Translations under genes and position numbers: made by a program
From: a virus
Taxonomy: Duplodnaviria > Caudoviricetes
Strand: one strand, 5' to 3'
DNA: 61,788 nucleotides
IMG/VR virus record: IMGVR_UViG_3300021062_000016
Coordinates: 1 to 61,788 of that record
Part shown: piece after piece, positions 8,492-16,540 of the stretch
Layout: every line of letters begins with the position of its first letter
Position numbering within the stretch: position 1 is the stretch's first letter
Notes under the pieces: generated by a model
Databases searched by the model: none
Seen by the model: the letters and a program-made list of their open reading frames with translations, nothing else
Told to the model about the DNA's origin: nothing

Positions 8492-8773
8492 TTAGGCTCC
8501 TTGGGCTTCGCGGCGCTTACGCGCCAGAATGAGCTTGCGGGCCTCGCGCTTGTCCGACTTGCTCAGCGACAAGCCGCGCCGATAGCGGTCGATTAGGCAG
8601 TCCTCGTAGGCGATGCGGTGCTGGTCGAGTTCGTCGGCGGTGAAGGTCGGACCCGGACCCTGATCGACCAGAGCCTGCCGAGCCCCTTCCTTACGCTGCG
8701 TAAGCAGCGCCTCTTGGCCCATCTCTTCCATAATCCACTCTCCCCTTGGTATGTCGCGTGCGGTGATAAGCAT
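8492..8773 (-). CDS. Hypothetical protein
   Basis: ORF in operon; start uncertain. Confidence 0.55.
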   Translation of the reverse strand: MLITARDIPRGEWIMEEMGQEALLTQRKEGARQALVDQGPGPTFTADELDQHRIAYEDCLIDRYRRGLSLSKSDKREARKLILARKRREAQGA

Positions 8774-8778
8774 CTCGC

Positions 8779-8868
8779 TCACTCGTAAAACCCCAACCCC
8801 CACAGAATCTTCGGCCCCCACACGATCAGGGCCATGGCGAGGAGAGCGATGAAGAGGGCGCCTTTCAC
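8779..8868 (-). CDS. Small membrane peptide (29 aa)
   Basis: GTG overlapping upstream stop; hydrophobic LFIALLAMALIVW. Confidence 0.4.
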   Translation of the reverse strand: MKGALFIALLAMALIVWGPKILWGLGFYE

Positions 8869-9269
8869 GGCGCACCGACGATGGCTTTGCGGACGGCGGA
8901 CTCTGCAGTCAGCATCGTTGAGTGCGAAACCTTCAGCACCCAGCCGTCGTGGTCTGACTCCGACCACCGCGCAACGCGCGTGAACATGTCGAGCGCGGCA
9001 AGCAGTTCTGGCGCTCCAGCGATCAGGCGGGCGTTGGCTTCGGCCACGCGGGGGTCGTCGGTATTGCCGCCCTGAACCTTTGCAACGCGGGCAACATCAG
9101 GGCCGTGCACCAGGCAGAAGTGGTCGCCGAAGTTGCTGGACCTGGTGGCGCGCTTAGAAGCCGACCACGGCCCCGGTGTAAACGATGACCCAGCCGCCGT
9201 CGTGGGAGAGGGGCTATGTGCCGGGGGAGTGGCACCGAGGGCGGCTGGGGTTCTCATCGCAGGCTCCAT
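8865..9269 (-). CDS. Conserved phage hypothetical protein, first gene of leftward operon
   Basis: FTPGPW...ANARLIAGAPELLAAL motif common in phages. Confidence 0.7.
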   Translation of the reverse strand: MEPAMRTPAALGATPPAHSPSPTTAAGSSFTPGPWSASKRATRSSNFGDHFCLVHGPDVARVAKVQGGNTDDPRVAEANARLIAGAPELLAALDMFTRVARWSESDHDGWVLKVSHSTMLTAESAVRKAIVGAP

Positions 9270-9287
9270 TCGGTAGGAACGGAGCCA

Positions 9288-9339
9288 ACTATACGCACGC
9301 GTATAAACCGACGCAAGCGAAATTATGCGTTAACGTATA
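9288..9339 (-). promoter_or_regulatory. PL-like promoter and two operators
   Basis: TTGCGT-17-TATAGT on minus strand; palindromes TATACG-N4-CGTATA at 9290-9305 and 9324-9339 (one mismatch). Confidence 0.8.
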
Positions 9340-9342
9340 AAA

Positions 9343-10026
9343 TTATTCTGGTGCGTATTTCCCGGTGACGCGGGCGGTGATCCGGAGCTCTTCGTCTTCC
9401 GGCACGGCTTCAAGGAGAATGGGCGCTTGGTGATCGGGATGGTCGGACCTAGGCCAGAGATAATGCCGGCCGTCCTGAAGGACATATTCTTTGATTGTGG
9501 CCTCGACCTGCCCAGTCTTATCCCTGCGCTGGCAGACCACTTTCTCGCCGGGCAGGGGGTCCCGGGCGAGATCCAAGTAAGAGACAACAATGACGAACGA
9601 ACCGTCCGGATAATAGCGATTCATGGACGGGCCCTTTACTTGCAGAGCCCTGCGGGGGATGCCCGGAAACCTATTGTCTTCAGGCACTTGGATAGCAAAT
9701 TGCTGGTCGAACGGCCATTCTATGGCTTCCTGCCAAACGCCTGCCTCAACCGCACCTACAACTGGCACGGAATTAAGGTTAACACCCGATATTAATGTCG
9801 GGAAGCCCAGAAACTCGTCCACGGAACGGCAACCTGCGATGGTGGCAAGCGTTCGTAGCGCCGGATATTCCGGCTCGTCCGTCCCCGCCTCCCACCGGCT
9901 TACCGTCGGTTGAGAGACCTTTAGTTTCGCTGCGAACTGACTTTGATTCAGTTTCAGTTTTTCACGCAACTCGACAACTAGGTCGCGAACTTTTCTCGGC
10001 CGCCTCTGCATCTCCGGATGATGCAT
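9343..10026 (-). CDS. cI: CI-like repressor (XRE HTH + S24 peptidase)
   Basis: QSQFAAKLKVSQPTVSRWE; VKGPSM and ATIK Ser/Lys dyad. Confidence 0.92.
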   Translation of the reverse strand: MHHPEMQRRPRKVRDLVVELREKLKLNQSQFAAKLKVSQPTVSRWEAGTDEPEYPALRTLATIAGCRSVDEFLGFPTLISGVNLNSVPVVGAVEAGVWQEAIEWPFDQQFAIQVPEDNRFPGIPRRALQVKGPSMNRYYPDGSFVIVVSYLDLARDPLPGEKVVCQRRDKTGQVEATIKEYVLQDGRHYLWPRSDHPDHQAPILLEAVPEDEELRITARVTGKYAPE

Positions 10027-10045
10027 GCGACCCTACGGGGCGTCC

Positions 10046-10095
10046 AATACGCATGCGTATTTTTCCTTGCGCGGGTTTATACGTGAGCGTATAAG
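10046..10095 (+). promoter_or_regulatory. PR-like promoter and two operators
   Basis: TTGCGC-17-TATAAG; palindromes at 10046-10061 and 10078-10093; near-identical to PL. Confidence 0.8.
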
Positions 10096-10102
10096 TGAAG
10101 CC

Positions 10103-10327
10103 ATGCACCCGATCCGCCGCTTGCGAACCAAGGTCTTGAAAATCAGCCAGTCCGCCATGGCGGCAGCGGCCAACGTGACGCAGGCGACGGTTTCCCGCTG
10201 GGAAAGCGGTGAATTGGAGCCGTCGCTGTCGGAGCTGCTGGCGATCAAGGCGAGGTACGGCCGGCGCGTGAACCTGAGCGCGCTGCAGGCGAAGGACCAG
10301 GCCGAAATCAAGGCGAGGGCGTCGTGA
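10103..10327 (+). CDS. cro: Cro-like HTH protein
   Basis: SQSAMAAAANVTQATVSRWE; divergent from cI. Confidence 0.85.
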   Translation: MHPIRRLRTKVLKISQSAMAAAANVTQATVSRWESGELEPSLSELLAIKARYGRRVNLSALQAKDQAEIKARAS

Positions 10328-10331
10328 GCGA

Positions 10332-10658
10332 CTACCTCGGATTCACCTGCCGTCGTTCGTGCGACCCACAGGCTGGGTCGTGGCAGACCCACACTTCGAC
10401 GGCACCGTTCTGCTTGGAGCTTTCGAACCGCAGGGTGCGGTTCCCGCATTTGCGACAGACATCGGCCGGCGACTTGCCGCTGAGCAAATCGGCCATCTTC
10501 ACTTCCAGCGCCGCGACCCGCGCATCGAGATTGCCCGTACCCTCGATTGCCGCAATCCGGCGTTCCAGGTCCACGATTCGCTTGACCCACTTCCATGCCC
10601 ATTTCACCGCACCGACGGCGGTTTCGGGGATGTCCGATGGCTGATCCGACTGTGACAT
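10332..10658 (-). CDS. Coiled-coil + zinc-ribbon protein, antisense to the rightward operon
   Basis: Heptad segment, CRKC...CHDPAC. Confidence 0.6.
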   Translation of the reverse strand: MSQSDQPSDIPETAVGAVKWAWKWVKRIVDLERRIAAIEGTGNLDARVAALEVKMADLLSGKSPADVCRKCGNRTLRFESSKQNGAVEVWVCHDPACGSHERRQVNPR

Positions 10659-10894
10659 CGCGAAGCTCCGAACTGCTGGAAAGCACAGCGTACCCCGGCG
10701 CCGTCCACAATTGGGAGTCCGTCCTGGTGCAGCTAACCCTGCTGCCGCTCCTCAACGGCAACACCATGCTCTCCCTCCGGAGAGGGGATTCCACCCTTCG
10801 CATCGAACTACCTCCCCATTCCTGCGCAAACCTCGCGCGTCAGCTTGCCGAGCGTGGCGCCGTCGGCGTCACTCCGCAGCCGGAGGCCGCATGA
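10637..10894 (+). CDS. Hypothetical protein
   Basis: ORF coupled to next gene by ATGA. Confidence 0.5.
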   Translation: MADPTVTSRSSELLESTAYPGAVHNWESVLVQLTLLPLLNGNTMLSLRRGDSTLRIELPPHSCANLARQLAERGAVGVTPQPEAA

Positions 10895-11091
10895 CTCTCC
10901 CCCGCATCAAAGACGGCGAGACCTTCCAAGTAACTCGGCTCCGCTCGCATCGCTTGGGCTGCTGTGATTGCGGTTTGGTCCATGACCTTGAATTTAAGAT
11001 TCGCCGCATCGGCGCCGGCCACAAGTTGTTCATCCGCGCCACCAGGAATGCCCGTGCGACTGCCGCAGAGCGACGGGGCAAGGCCGCATGA
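10891..11091 (+). CDS. Small zinc-binding hypothetical protein
   Basis: GGAGG RBS; CCDCGLVH. Confidence 0.65.
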   Translation: MTLPRIKDGETFQVTRLRSHRLGCCDCGLVHDLEFKIRRIGAGHKLFIRATRNARATAAERRGKAA

Positions 11092-11183
11092 ACCGCCGCT
11101 CTCCCAAACACCGCCCCCGCAGCTTTCTGGAACTTGCTCAGGCAGCCGCCCGCGACACCCACCTACCTTCACCGGAGCCGCAC

Positions 11184-11357
11184 ATGAGAACAGCCATACA
11201 AACGGACGAAGACGACCGTCGCTACATCCGCCAGCGCTGCCTTGAACTCGCCGCGGGCAGTCATCCGCGCCCGCCGCTGAACGTGATCATCGAGCAGGCG
11301 CAGCAGATGGAAGACTACATCTGCGGTTCGGCCAAGAAGCGGAGCCGCCGTGGTTAA
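11184..11357 (+). CDS. Hypothetical protein
   Basis: GGAG RBS; RQRCLELA..AQQMEDYI. Confidence 0.55.
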   Translation: MRTAIQTDEDDRRYIRQRCLELAAGSHPRPPLNVIIEQAQQMEDYICGSAKKRSRRG

Positions 11358-11673
11358 CAAGACCACCTCCGCAGGGCAGGGGACCTGCAGGACCGGAATC
11401 AGCGGTCCTCTGTCCTGCGGTTCATTCACCACTTTCGGCGCCCACCCCTTGGCGCCGCGCTCCCCCGTCAGGGAGCCTCGCCTCGACCGTCGCGGATGTA
11501 CCGGCGGCGAGGCCCGTTTCGGCGTTCGCACGCCATCTCTCCAGGCGTTTGCGCGCGGCGTACTCGGCACGCGCATTCCACGTCAAAACCAAGATGCGCT
11601 GCGTCAGCGCACCGAACTTCATCATTTTTCTCGTTCGTGGAGGGGCGTGTGACTTGCTCACTGTCTCTCCCTG

Positions 11674-11698
11674 AAAAAAACCCCGCCTGGCAGCGGGG
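11674..11698 (-). terminator. Intrinsic terminator-like hairpin (minus strand, possibly bidirectional)
   Basis: A7-CCCCGC-loop-GCGGGG. Confidence 0.5.
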
Positions 11699-11765
11699 GT
11701 CTTTCGAACCGATGTTTTCAATCCGTCCTTCTCGGAACCTTTTTTATTTCGAAGGACGGGAGGAA

Positions 11766-12176
11766 ATGGCCGCACTTTCATCGGAGAGCGCCGTCAAGGC
11801 GCCGATATTTTCCAGGGAACGCAGCCTCAAGCGTGCACAGGAGAAGCTTCACGAGATCGTCAAGCCCATCGAGGCCGGCGATTCCAAGAAGACCCTGATT
11901 CGCCGGGCTCACCTCGCGCTTCTCAAGTACCTGCCCAAGATCAAGTACAGCCGTGTGAAGGACCTCTTCAACGCGGAGCAGCGGATCAGCGTCCGCGACT
12001 TCGAGACCGAAGCGATCATGGCTGCTTGGGAGGACTGGTTGGAGCGTTCGGAAAGCTGGCAATCACGGGGACTCCAGCGCACGCGGGACCTATTGGCGAG
12101 ACGGGGGATCACACGTGCCACGCCTGACGAGACTGCTTCTTCGAACCCTTCTTCTGCTGCCACTGCTGCTGATTAA
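11766..12176 (+). CDS. Hypothetical protein, CII-like position
   Basis: GGGAGG RBS; position after cro region. Confidence 0.6.
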   Translation: MAALSSESAVKAPIFSRERSLKRAQEKLHEIVKPIEAGDSKKTLIRRAHLALLKYLPKIKYSRVKDLFNAEQRISVRDFETEAIMAAWEDWLERSESWQSRGLQRTRDLLARRGITRATPDETASSNPSSAATAAD

Positions 12177-12280
12177 CGCAGTCTGCTGGCTGTTGAGTTG
12201 GGTGGTTGAACTGGGCGCGTGGATCGAGCGCGTCCGAGCGAAGCTAAAGCGCGAAGCTTCATTGCGCTGAGGTTGTGGGG

Positions 12281-12305
12281 ATCGGGCTTGCGCCCGATTT
12301 TTTTA
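12281..12305 (+). terminator. Intrinsic terminator
   Basis: ATCGGGC-TTGC-GCCCGAT followed by T-run. Confidence 0.65.
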
Positions 12306-12344
12306 CCGATGGGACTACCCGTAACGCTGAAAAAGGGGAAAAGC

Positions 12345-13163
12345 GTGCACACCGCACAGGTCCACTCGCTAAACAAGCATCCCGACTACCAACCGCACGA
12401 AGCTGCGGAGATTTTCCCCGCCATGGGCCAGGACGACATGGAGGCTTTGGCGAAGGACATTGATGAACATGGCCTTCGCGATCCGATCATTCTTCACGAA
12501 GGGAAAATCCTCGACGGGCGCCACCGCTACCAAGCCTGTCTGATCGCCGGAGTAATCCCGCGCTTTGAGGAATGGGACGGCGATGGCACTGCTGTTGCCT
12601 TCGTCATCTCCAAGAATCTCCACCGTCGTCACCTGACTGAAAGCCAGCGGGCGATGGTGGGGGCGAAACTGGCCACTCTCAAGGTTGGGCACGTGGCGTC
12701 TCAAAGAGATGGTGCCCGAATCCATTCACCAGGGCTATCGGCGCAAGAAGCAGCCGATCTTCTGCATGTCGGACGTCAAAGCGTCACCGATGCAAAGAAG
12801 GTTCTGTCCGAAGGAACGCCCGCTGAGGTATCTGCCGTGGAGCGCGGCGAAATGGCTGTCAGCACAATCGCCGATCAAATCCGTTCCGGTGAATCACCGA
12901 AGCAACGTCAACGGCGCCGTGACGAGTCTCTCTCCCAAACCGGGCGCAATCCCGAACGGATTCAGCGTCAGCAGATCAACGCAGAAATCTGGGGGCGCGT
13001 CAGAGATTCCCTCATTCACTTAACCAGTCTCCCAAAACCATCCGATGTCGTTTCAATCGCGTACGCGCACGACAAGACGGGCCTTATCGATGCGCGAGTC
13101 CCCCAGGCCCTCCAATGGCTCAAGGATTTTGCCGATGAATGCCGCAACCGTAACAAAGCTTAA
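12345..13163 (+). CDS. ParB/Srx N-terminal domain protein with HTH
   Basis: GLRDPII..ILDGRHRY..NLHRRHLT.SQRAM. Confidence 0.85.
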   Translation: MHTAQVHSLNKHPDYQPHEAAEIFPAMGQDDMEALAKDIDEHGLRDPIILHEGKILDGRHRYQACLIAGVIPRFEEWDGDGTAVAFVISKNLHRRHLTESQRAMVGAKLATLKVGHVASQRDGARIHSPGLSAQEAADLLHVGRQSVTDAKKVLSEGTPAEVSAVERGEMAVSTIADQIRSGESPKQRQRRRDESLSQTGRNPERIQRQQINAEIWGRVRDSLIHLTSLPKPSDVVSIAYAHDKTGLIDARVPQALQWLKDFADECRNRNKA

Positions 13164-13974
13164 ACCAAAGAGCGACGCACCGCAGATCGTCATGCTGACG
13201 CCAGACATGGCCACCGCCATGCTCGAGCATAACCAGCACAATCGCCCTCTCAGCGATTCGCACGTTCACCGTATCGCCTCTCAGATCGTCTCCGGCAAAT
13301 GGCGGTTCAACGGCGACACCATCAAAGTTGCCAAGACCGGCGACGTGTTGGATGGGCAGCATCGGCTGTGGGCGGTCATCGAATCCAAGACCCCGATCGA
13401 GACCATCGTGGTTTACGGCATCGAGAAAGACGCCTTCGCCACCATCGACACGTTGCGCAAGCCGCGGTCTGGCGCCGACATCCTCTCGCTTGCCGGCGCG
13501 ACTCGCCACCGTCAGGCCCTCGCTTCCGCCCTCACCTGGCTGATCCGCTGGCAGCGGGAGTGCATTGAGGATTATCGCGCTCCGCAAAACCGGGTCGAGA
13601 ACTCGGACATCGAAGAGGCTTACGAGACACACCAAGGAATGATCCGCGCAGTTGAGCGGGCATCAAACCTCCGTCGTCTCGCCAATGTCTCGTTGATGGC
13701 GTTCCTCTACTACGTCTTCTCGAATCGCAACCACGACGTTGCGGAGCGGATGATGGAAGTCCTCGAGAATCCGGCCGGAGTGGGAGTCAATGACCCGTTC
13801 TTCCGGCTGCGGGCCTACTTCACCGCCGATCATCACCAGAAGAAAGATCCAATCGTCACCATCGCCTTGGCGATCAAGGCGGCTAATGCCTGCAATGCCC
13901 GCAAGGCTGTTCAGGTCCTGTCCTGGAAGAACCAGGGCAAGAACCCGGAAGCGTTTCCTGAACTGACCATCTGA
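13135..13974 (+). CDS. ParB-like DGQHR domain protein
   Basis: NRPLS..GKWRFNGDTI..LDGQHRL. Confidence 0.8.
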   Translation: MNAATVTKLKPKSDAPQIVMLTPDMATAMLEHNQHNRPLSDSHVHRIASQIVSGKWRFNGDTIKVAKTGDVLDGQHRLWAVIESKTPIETIVVYGIEKDAFATIDTLRKPRSGADILSLAGATRHRQALASALTWLIRWQRECIEDYRAPQNRVENSDIEEAYETHQGMIRAVERASNLRRLANVSLMAFLYYVFSNRNHDVAERMMEVLENPAGVGVNDPFFRLRAYFTADHHQKKDPIVTIALAIKAANACNARKAVQVLSWKNQGKNPEAFPELTI

Positions 13975-13996
13975 ACCTCTTCAATTGGGGAATCAC

Positions 13997-14248
13997 ATGC
14001 GACTTCGCGAAACCCACGTCCTCGGCGGCATCTGCCTGCTCGGCTTCCTTGCGATGCAGGCCGGCTCCATCTACGGCGTCACCTTTGCTCCGACGACCGT
14101 TCAACTTTTCACCGGCTTCGGCTCTCTCATCTTCATCGTGTTCTTCGTCCTCTGGGCCATTGCCTGGCTTGAAGGACCCGACGATTTGGTGAAGCCCGGC
14201 GAGGGGATGGGAGCGGATTGGTCTTCCGAGCAGGATCGCCGCCCATGA
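13997..14248 (+). CDS. Small two-TM membrane protein
   Basis: Two hydrophobic stretches. Confidence 0.6.
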   Translation: MRLRETHVLGGICLLGFLAMQAGSIYGVTFAPTTVQLFTGFGSLIFIVFFVLWAIAWLEGPDDLVKPGEGMGADWSSEQDRRP

Positions 14249-14763
14249 AGCGCATCCTCACCCCCGCGAAAGACTGGGACCTCGAGCAGGACAAGCTCGT
14301 CCGCCGCTATTGGAAAACCAAACCCACCCAGGAACTTGCGGCCCAATTGGGCCGATCGGAGAAATCCGTCAAAGCCCGAGCTCAGCGACTTGGCCTGAGA
14401 AAGCGCCTGCATGAATCGCACCCGGTGATCCACCTGAAGCCAAAAGCGCAGGAGACGGAACCGCAGAAACTGATTCGTCTCCCGACACTGATTAAGCGTC
14501 GGCCGCAGCCGGAGTTCGTGCCGAAGCAATGCCAGTACATTTTGGGCAACCCCACCAAGGCCGACTACCGCCTGTACGGGACTCAGAAGTTCATGTGCGG
14601 TGACCCCGTCACACCTGGCAAGTCGTATTGCCAAGCTCATACCTCATGTTGCTTCGACATCGTCCGCACCGAAAACACCGCGGCAATTGCCGAGATCAAC
14701 CAAGCCTTCAACACCCCCACTGGGGCCAACAGCATCATCCGCAAGCGGAAGAGGGCGGCATGA
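14245..14763 (+). CDS. gcrA: GcrA-like regulator
   Basis: N-terminal W..LAAQLGRS..SV..RAQRLGL HTH; CQYILG..CG..SYCQAH. Confidence 0.8.
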   Translation: MKRILTPAKDWDLEQDKLVRRYWKTKPTQELAAQLGRSEKSVKARAQRLGLRKRLHESHPVIHLKPKAQETEPQKLIRLPTLIKRRPQPEFVPKQCQYILGNPTKADYRLYGTQKFMCGDPVTPGKSYCQAHTSCCFDIVRTENTAAIAEINQAFNTPTGANSIIRKRKRAA

Positions 14764-15206
14764 CGATCTACGTCAACAGAATCGTCCGCCCTCCGGCCCC
14801 GCCGATCTTCACCCCGAAGCCCATCATTGCGGTGCGGAAGAAGCGCGACCCCCGCCAGCCCTTCAAGTGGAGCCATCCCAGCCCAATGAAGGGCAAAGTC
14901 CGGATTCTCACCACGACCAAACCACGTACCGAGGTTGTCTCCATGCGAACCGGGCTGACGATCAACGAGTCCAAGGTCCTGAAGTTCATCGAGACCTACA
15001 TCGCACAGCACGGCCACAGCCCGAGCTACGAGGACATCGGCAAGCACATGCGCCTCAAAGCGTTCAGAGCTGGGGTGAATCGTTACGTCAAATCCCTCGT
15101 GAAGCGGGGCCACGTCACCTACATCCCCGGCCACGGTCGTTCCCTCATGGTGGTGAAGACCGAGTCCGACTGCTGCCCCACCTGCGGACAGAAGAGGGCG
15201 GCATGA
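14760..15206 (+). CDS. LexA DNA-binding-domain-only protein with C-terminal CxxC
   Basis: VLKFIETYIAQHGHSPSYEDIG..LVKRGHV..GRSL; CPTCG. Confidence 0.75.
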   Translation: MTIYVNRIVRPPAPPIFTPKPIIAVRKKRDPRQPFKWSHPSPMKGKVRILTTTKPRTEVVSMRTGLTINESKVLKFIETYIAQHGHSPSYEDIGKHMRLKAFRAGVNRYVKSLVKRGHVTYIPGHGRSLMVVKTESDCCPTCGQKRAA

Positions 15207-15610
15207 CCCGCAAGCGCTACGCCAACTACGGCCAGGGCGAGTATCTCATCCCTGACACTCTCGACCGTCAGGACGTGTTTGTCAGTCTGAAGGACTACGA
15301 ACCCATCGACATCGGCTGGACGCCCGTTGACGAGGTGCTGGACGGCATCCGCGCGACCGCTGGCAAGCATCCCACCGGCACGCTTGAGATCGAATTCCAT
15401 CCGCAGGGTTACGACGACGATTACAGGCTCAGCTACTCCCTTCGCCTCCGCCGTCCCGAGACCGATGAAGAATACAGCCTCCGTCAGGAAGGGCTTCGCG
15501 AAGCAAAGCAAAGGGCAGAGCAAGAGGCCATCCAGCGTAAAGCCGACGAAGAGGCTAGGGCCCGCGCCACCTACGAAAAGCTGAAGCAGAGGTTCGAGGC
15601 GCGCACATGA
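15203..15610 (+). CDS. Hypothetical protein
   Basis: Coupled ORF; RPETDEEY + helical tail. Confidence 0.7.
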   Translation: MTRKRYANYGQGEYLIPDTLDRQDVFVSLKDYEPIDIGWTPVDEVLDGIRATAGKHPTGTLEIEFHPQGYDDDYRLSYSLRLRRPETDEEYSLRQEGLREAKQRAEQEAIQRKADEEARARATYEKLKQRFEART

Positions 15611-15915
15611 AGCGCTACGCCCCCGTGACCTGGAAGAAGATCGCCGCGTGGCAGAACCACCGCTGCTACCTGTGCGGTAGGACCTTCCGCAAGATCACCT
15701 GCCGCCACGACGAGAAGCTTCCCGACGGCCCGACCATCGAACACATCGTTCCCCGCGCACAAGGGGGAGGTGGGTTGGGCAACATCGCTATCGCCCATCG
15801 TCGCTGCAACACCCGCAAGGGCATGAACACCCCGACCGTTTGCCAGCGGCTGTTCGGACGATTGCTGGCTGAGTGCGCCTTTTCGATGCACACGGTTGGC
15901 GAGGCGCGCACATGA
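15607..15915 (+). CDS. HNH endonuclease
   Basis: CYLCG, TIEHIVPRAQGG, N...H..CN..KG. Confidence 0.85.
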   Translation: MKRYAPVTWKKIAAWQNHRCYLCGRTFRKITCRHDEKLPDGPTIEHIVPRAQGGGGLGNIAIAHRRCNTRKGMNTPTVCQRLFGRLLAECAFSMHTVGEART

Positions 15916-16235
15916 CCGAGCAGGGCGATTTGCTCTCGTGGTCTTCGCCCGACTCCGACCGGCACGGGCGCACGTTTGACCGTGAACTCGACGGCAAGCG
16001 CCTGAACGGTCAGGCCCTGCGCGTCTATGAGGCGATGATCGACGGGGTCTACCGGACTCTCCGGGAAATCCACGACATCACCGGCGACCCGGAAGCTTCG
16101 ATTTCCAGTCGCTTGCGCGACTTCGACAAACCCGAGATGTCCCAGCTCAACATCTACAAGGACTCCCGCCGCCGCGCGGGCATGGAGAAGCGCGGGGTGT
16201 GGGAATACGCCCTGCTGAGCAGGAGAAAGCCATGA
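15912..16235 (+). CDS. Hypothetical winged-HTH-like protein
   Basis: TLREI..PEASISSRLRDF..WEY. Confidence 0.65.
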   Translation: MTEQGDLLSWSSPDSDRHGRTFDRELDGKRLNGQALRVYEAMIDGVYRTLREIHDITGDPEASISSRLRDFDKPEMSQLNIYKDSRRRAGMEKRGVWEYALLSRRKP

Positions 16236-16540
16236 CCAACATCGGCCCCAACATCGGCCACAACTCCGGCGACAAGGGCATCTCAGCCCAGAGGCTGAAG
16301 TCCTTTGTGAGTCGCATCGAGCGCCTCGCCAGCGAACGCGAGGGGTTGGGGGCGGACATCCGCGAAGTCTACTCGGAACTCAAGAGTGCGGGATTCAACC
16401 CCAAGATCGTCCGCAAGGTCGTCGCCCTGCGGAAGAAGAAGGACTCCGAACGCCAGGAAGAGCAAGCCCTGCTTGACGTCTACCTGGACGCCATCGGCTT
16501 CGAGAGCACACCACTGGGAGAGGCGGGGAAGCCGAAGTGA
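16232..16540 (+). CDS. gapR: GapR/DUF2312 nucleoid-associated protein
   Basis: RLKSFVSRIERL..DIREVYSELKSAGF..RKVVALRK..LLDVYLDAIG. Confidence 0.9.
   Translation: MTNIGPNIGHNSGDKGISAQRLKSFVSRIERLASEREGLGADIREVYSELKSAGFNPKIVRKVVALRKKKDSERQEEQALLDVYLDAIGFESTPLGEAGKPK

Noticed and set aside
228-8709. CRISPR array or simple terminators as explanation of the hairpins
   Set aside because: Irregular spacing, variable stems, many inside ORFs, no U-tracts, no cas genes
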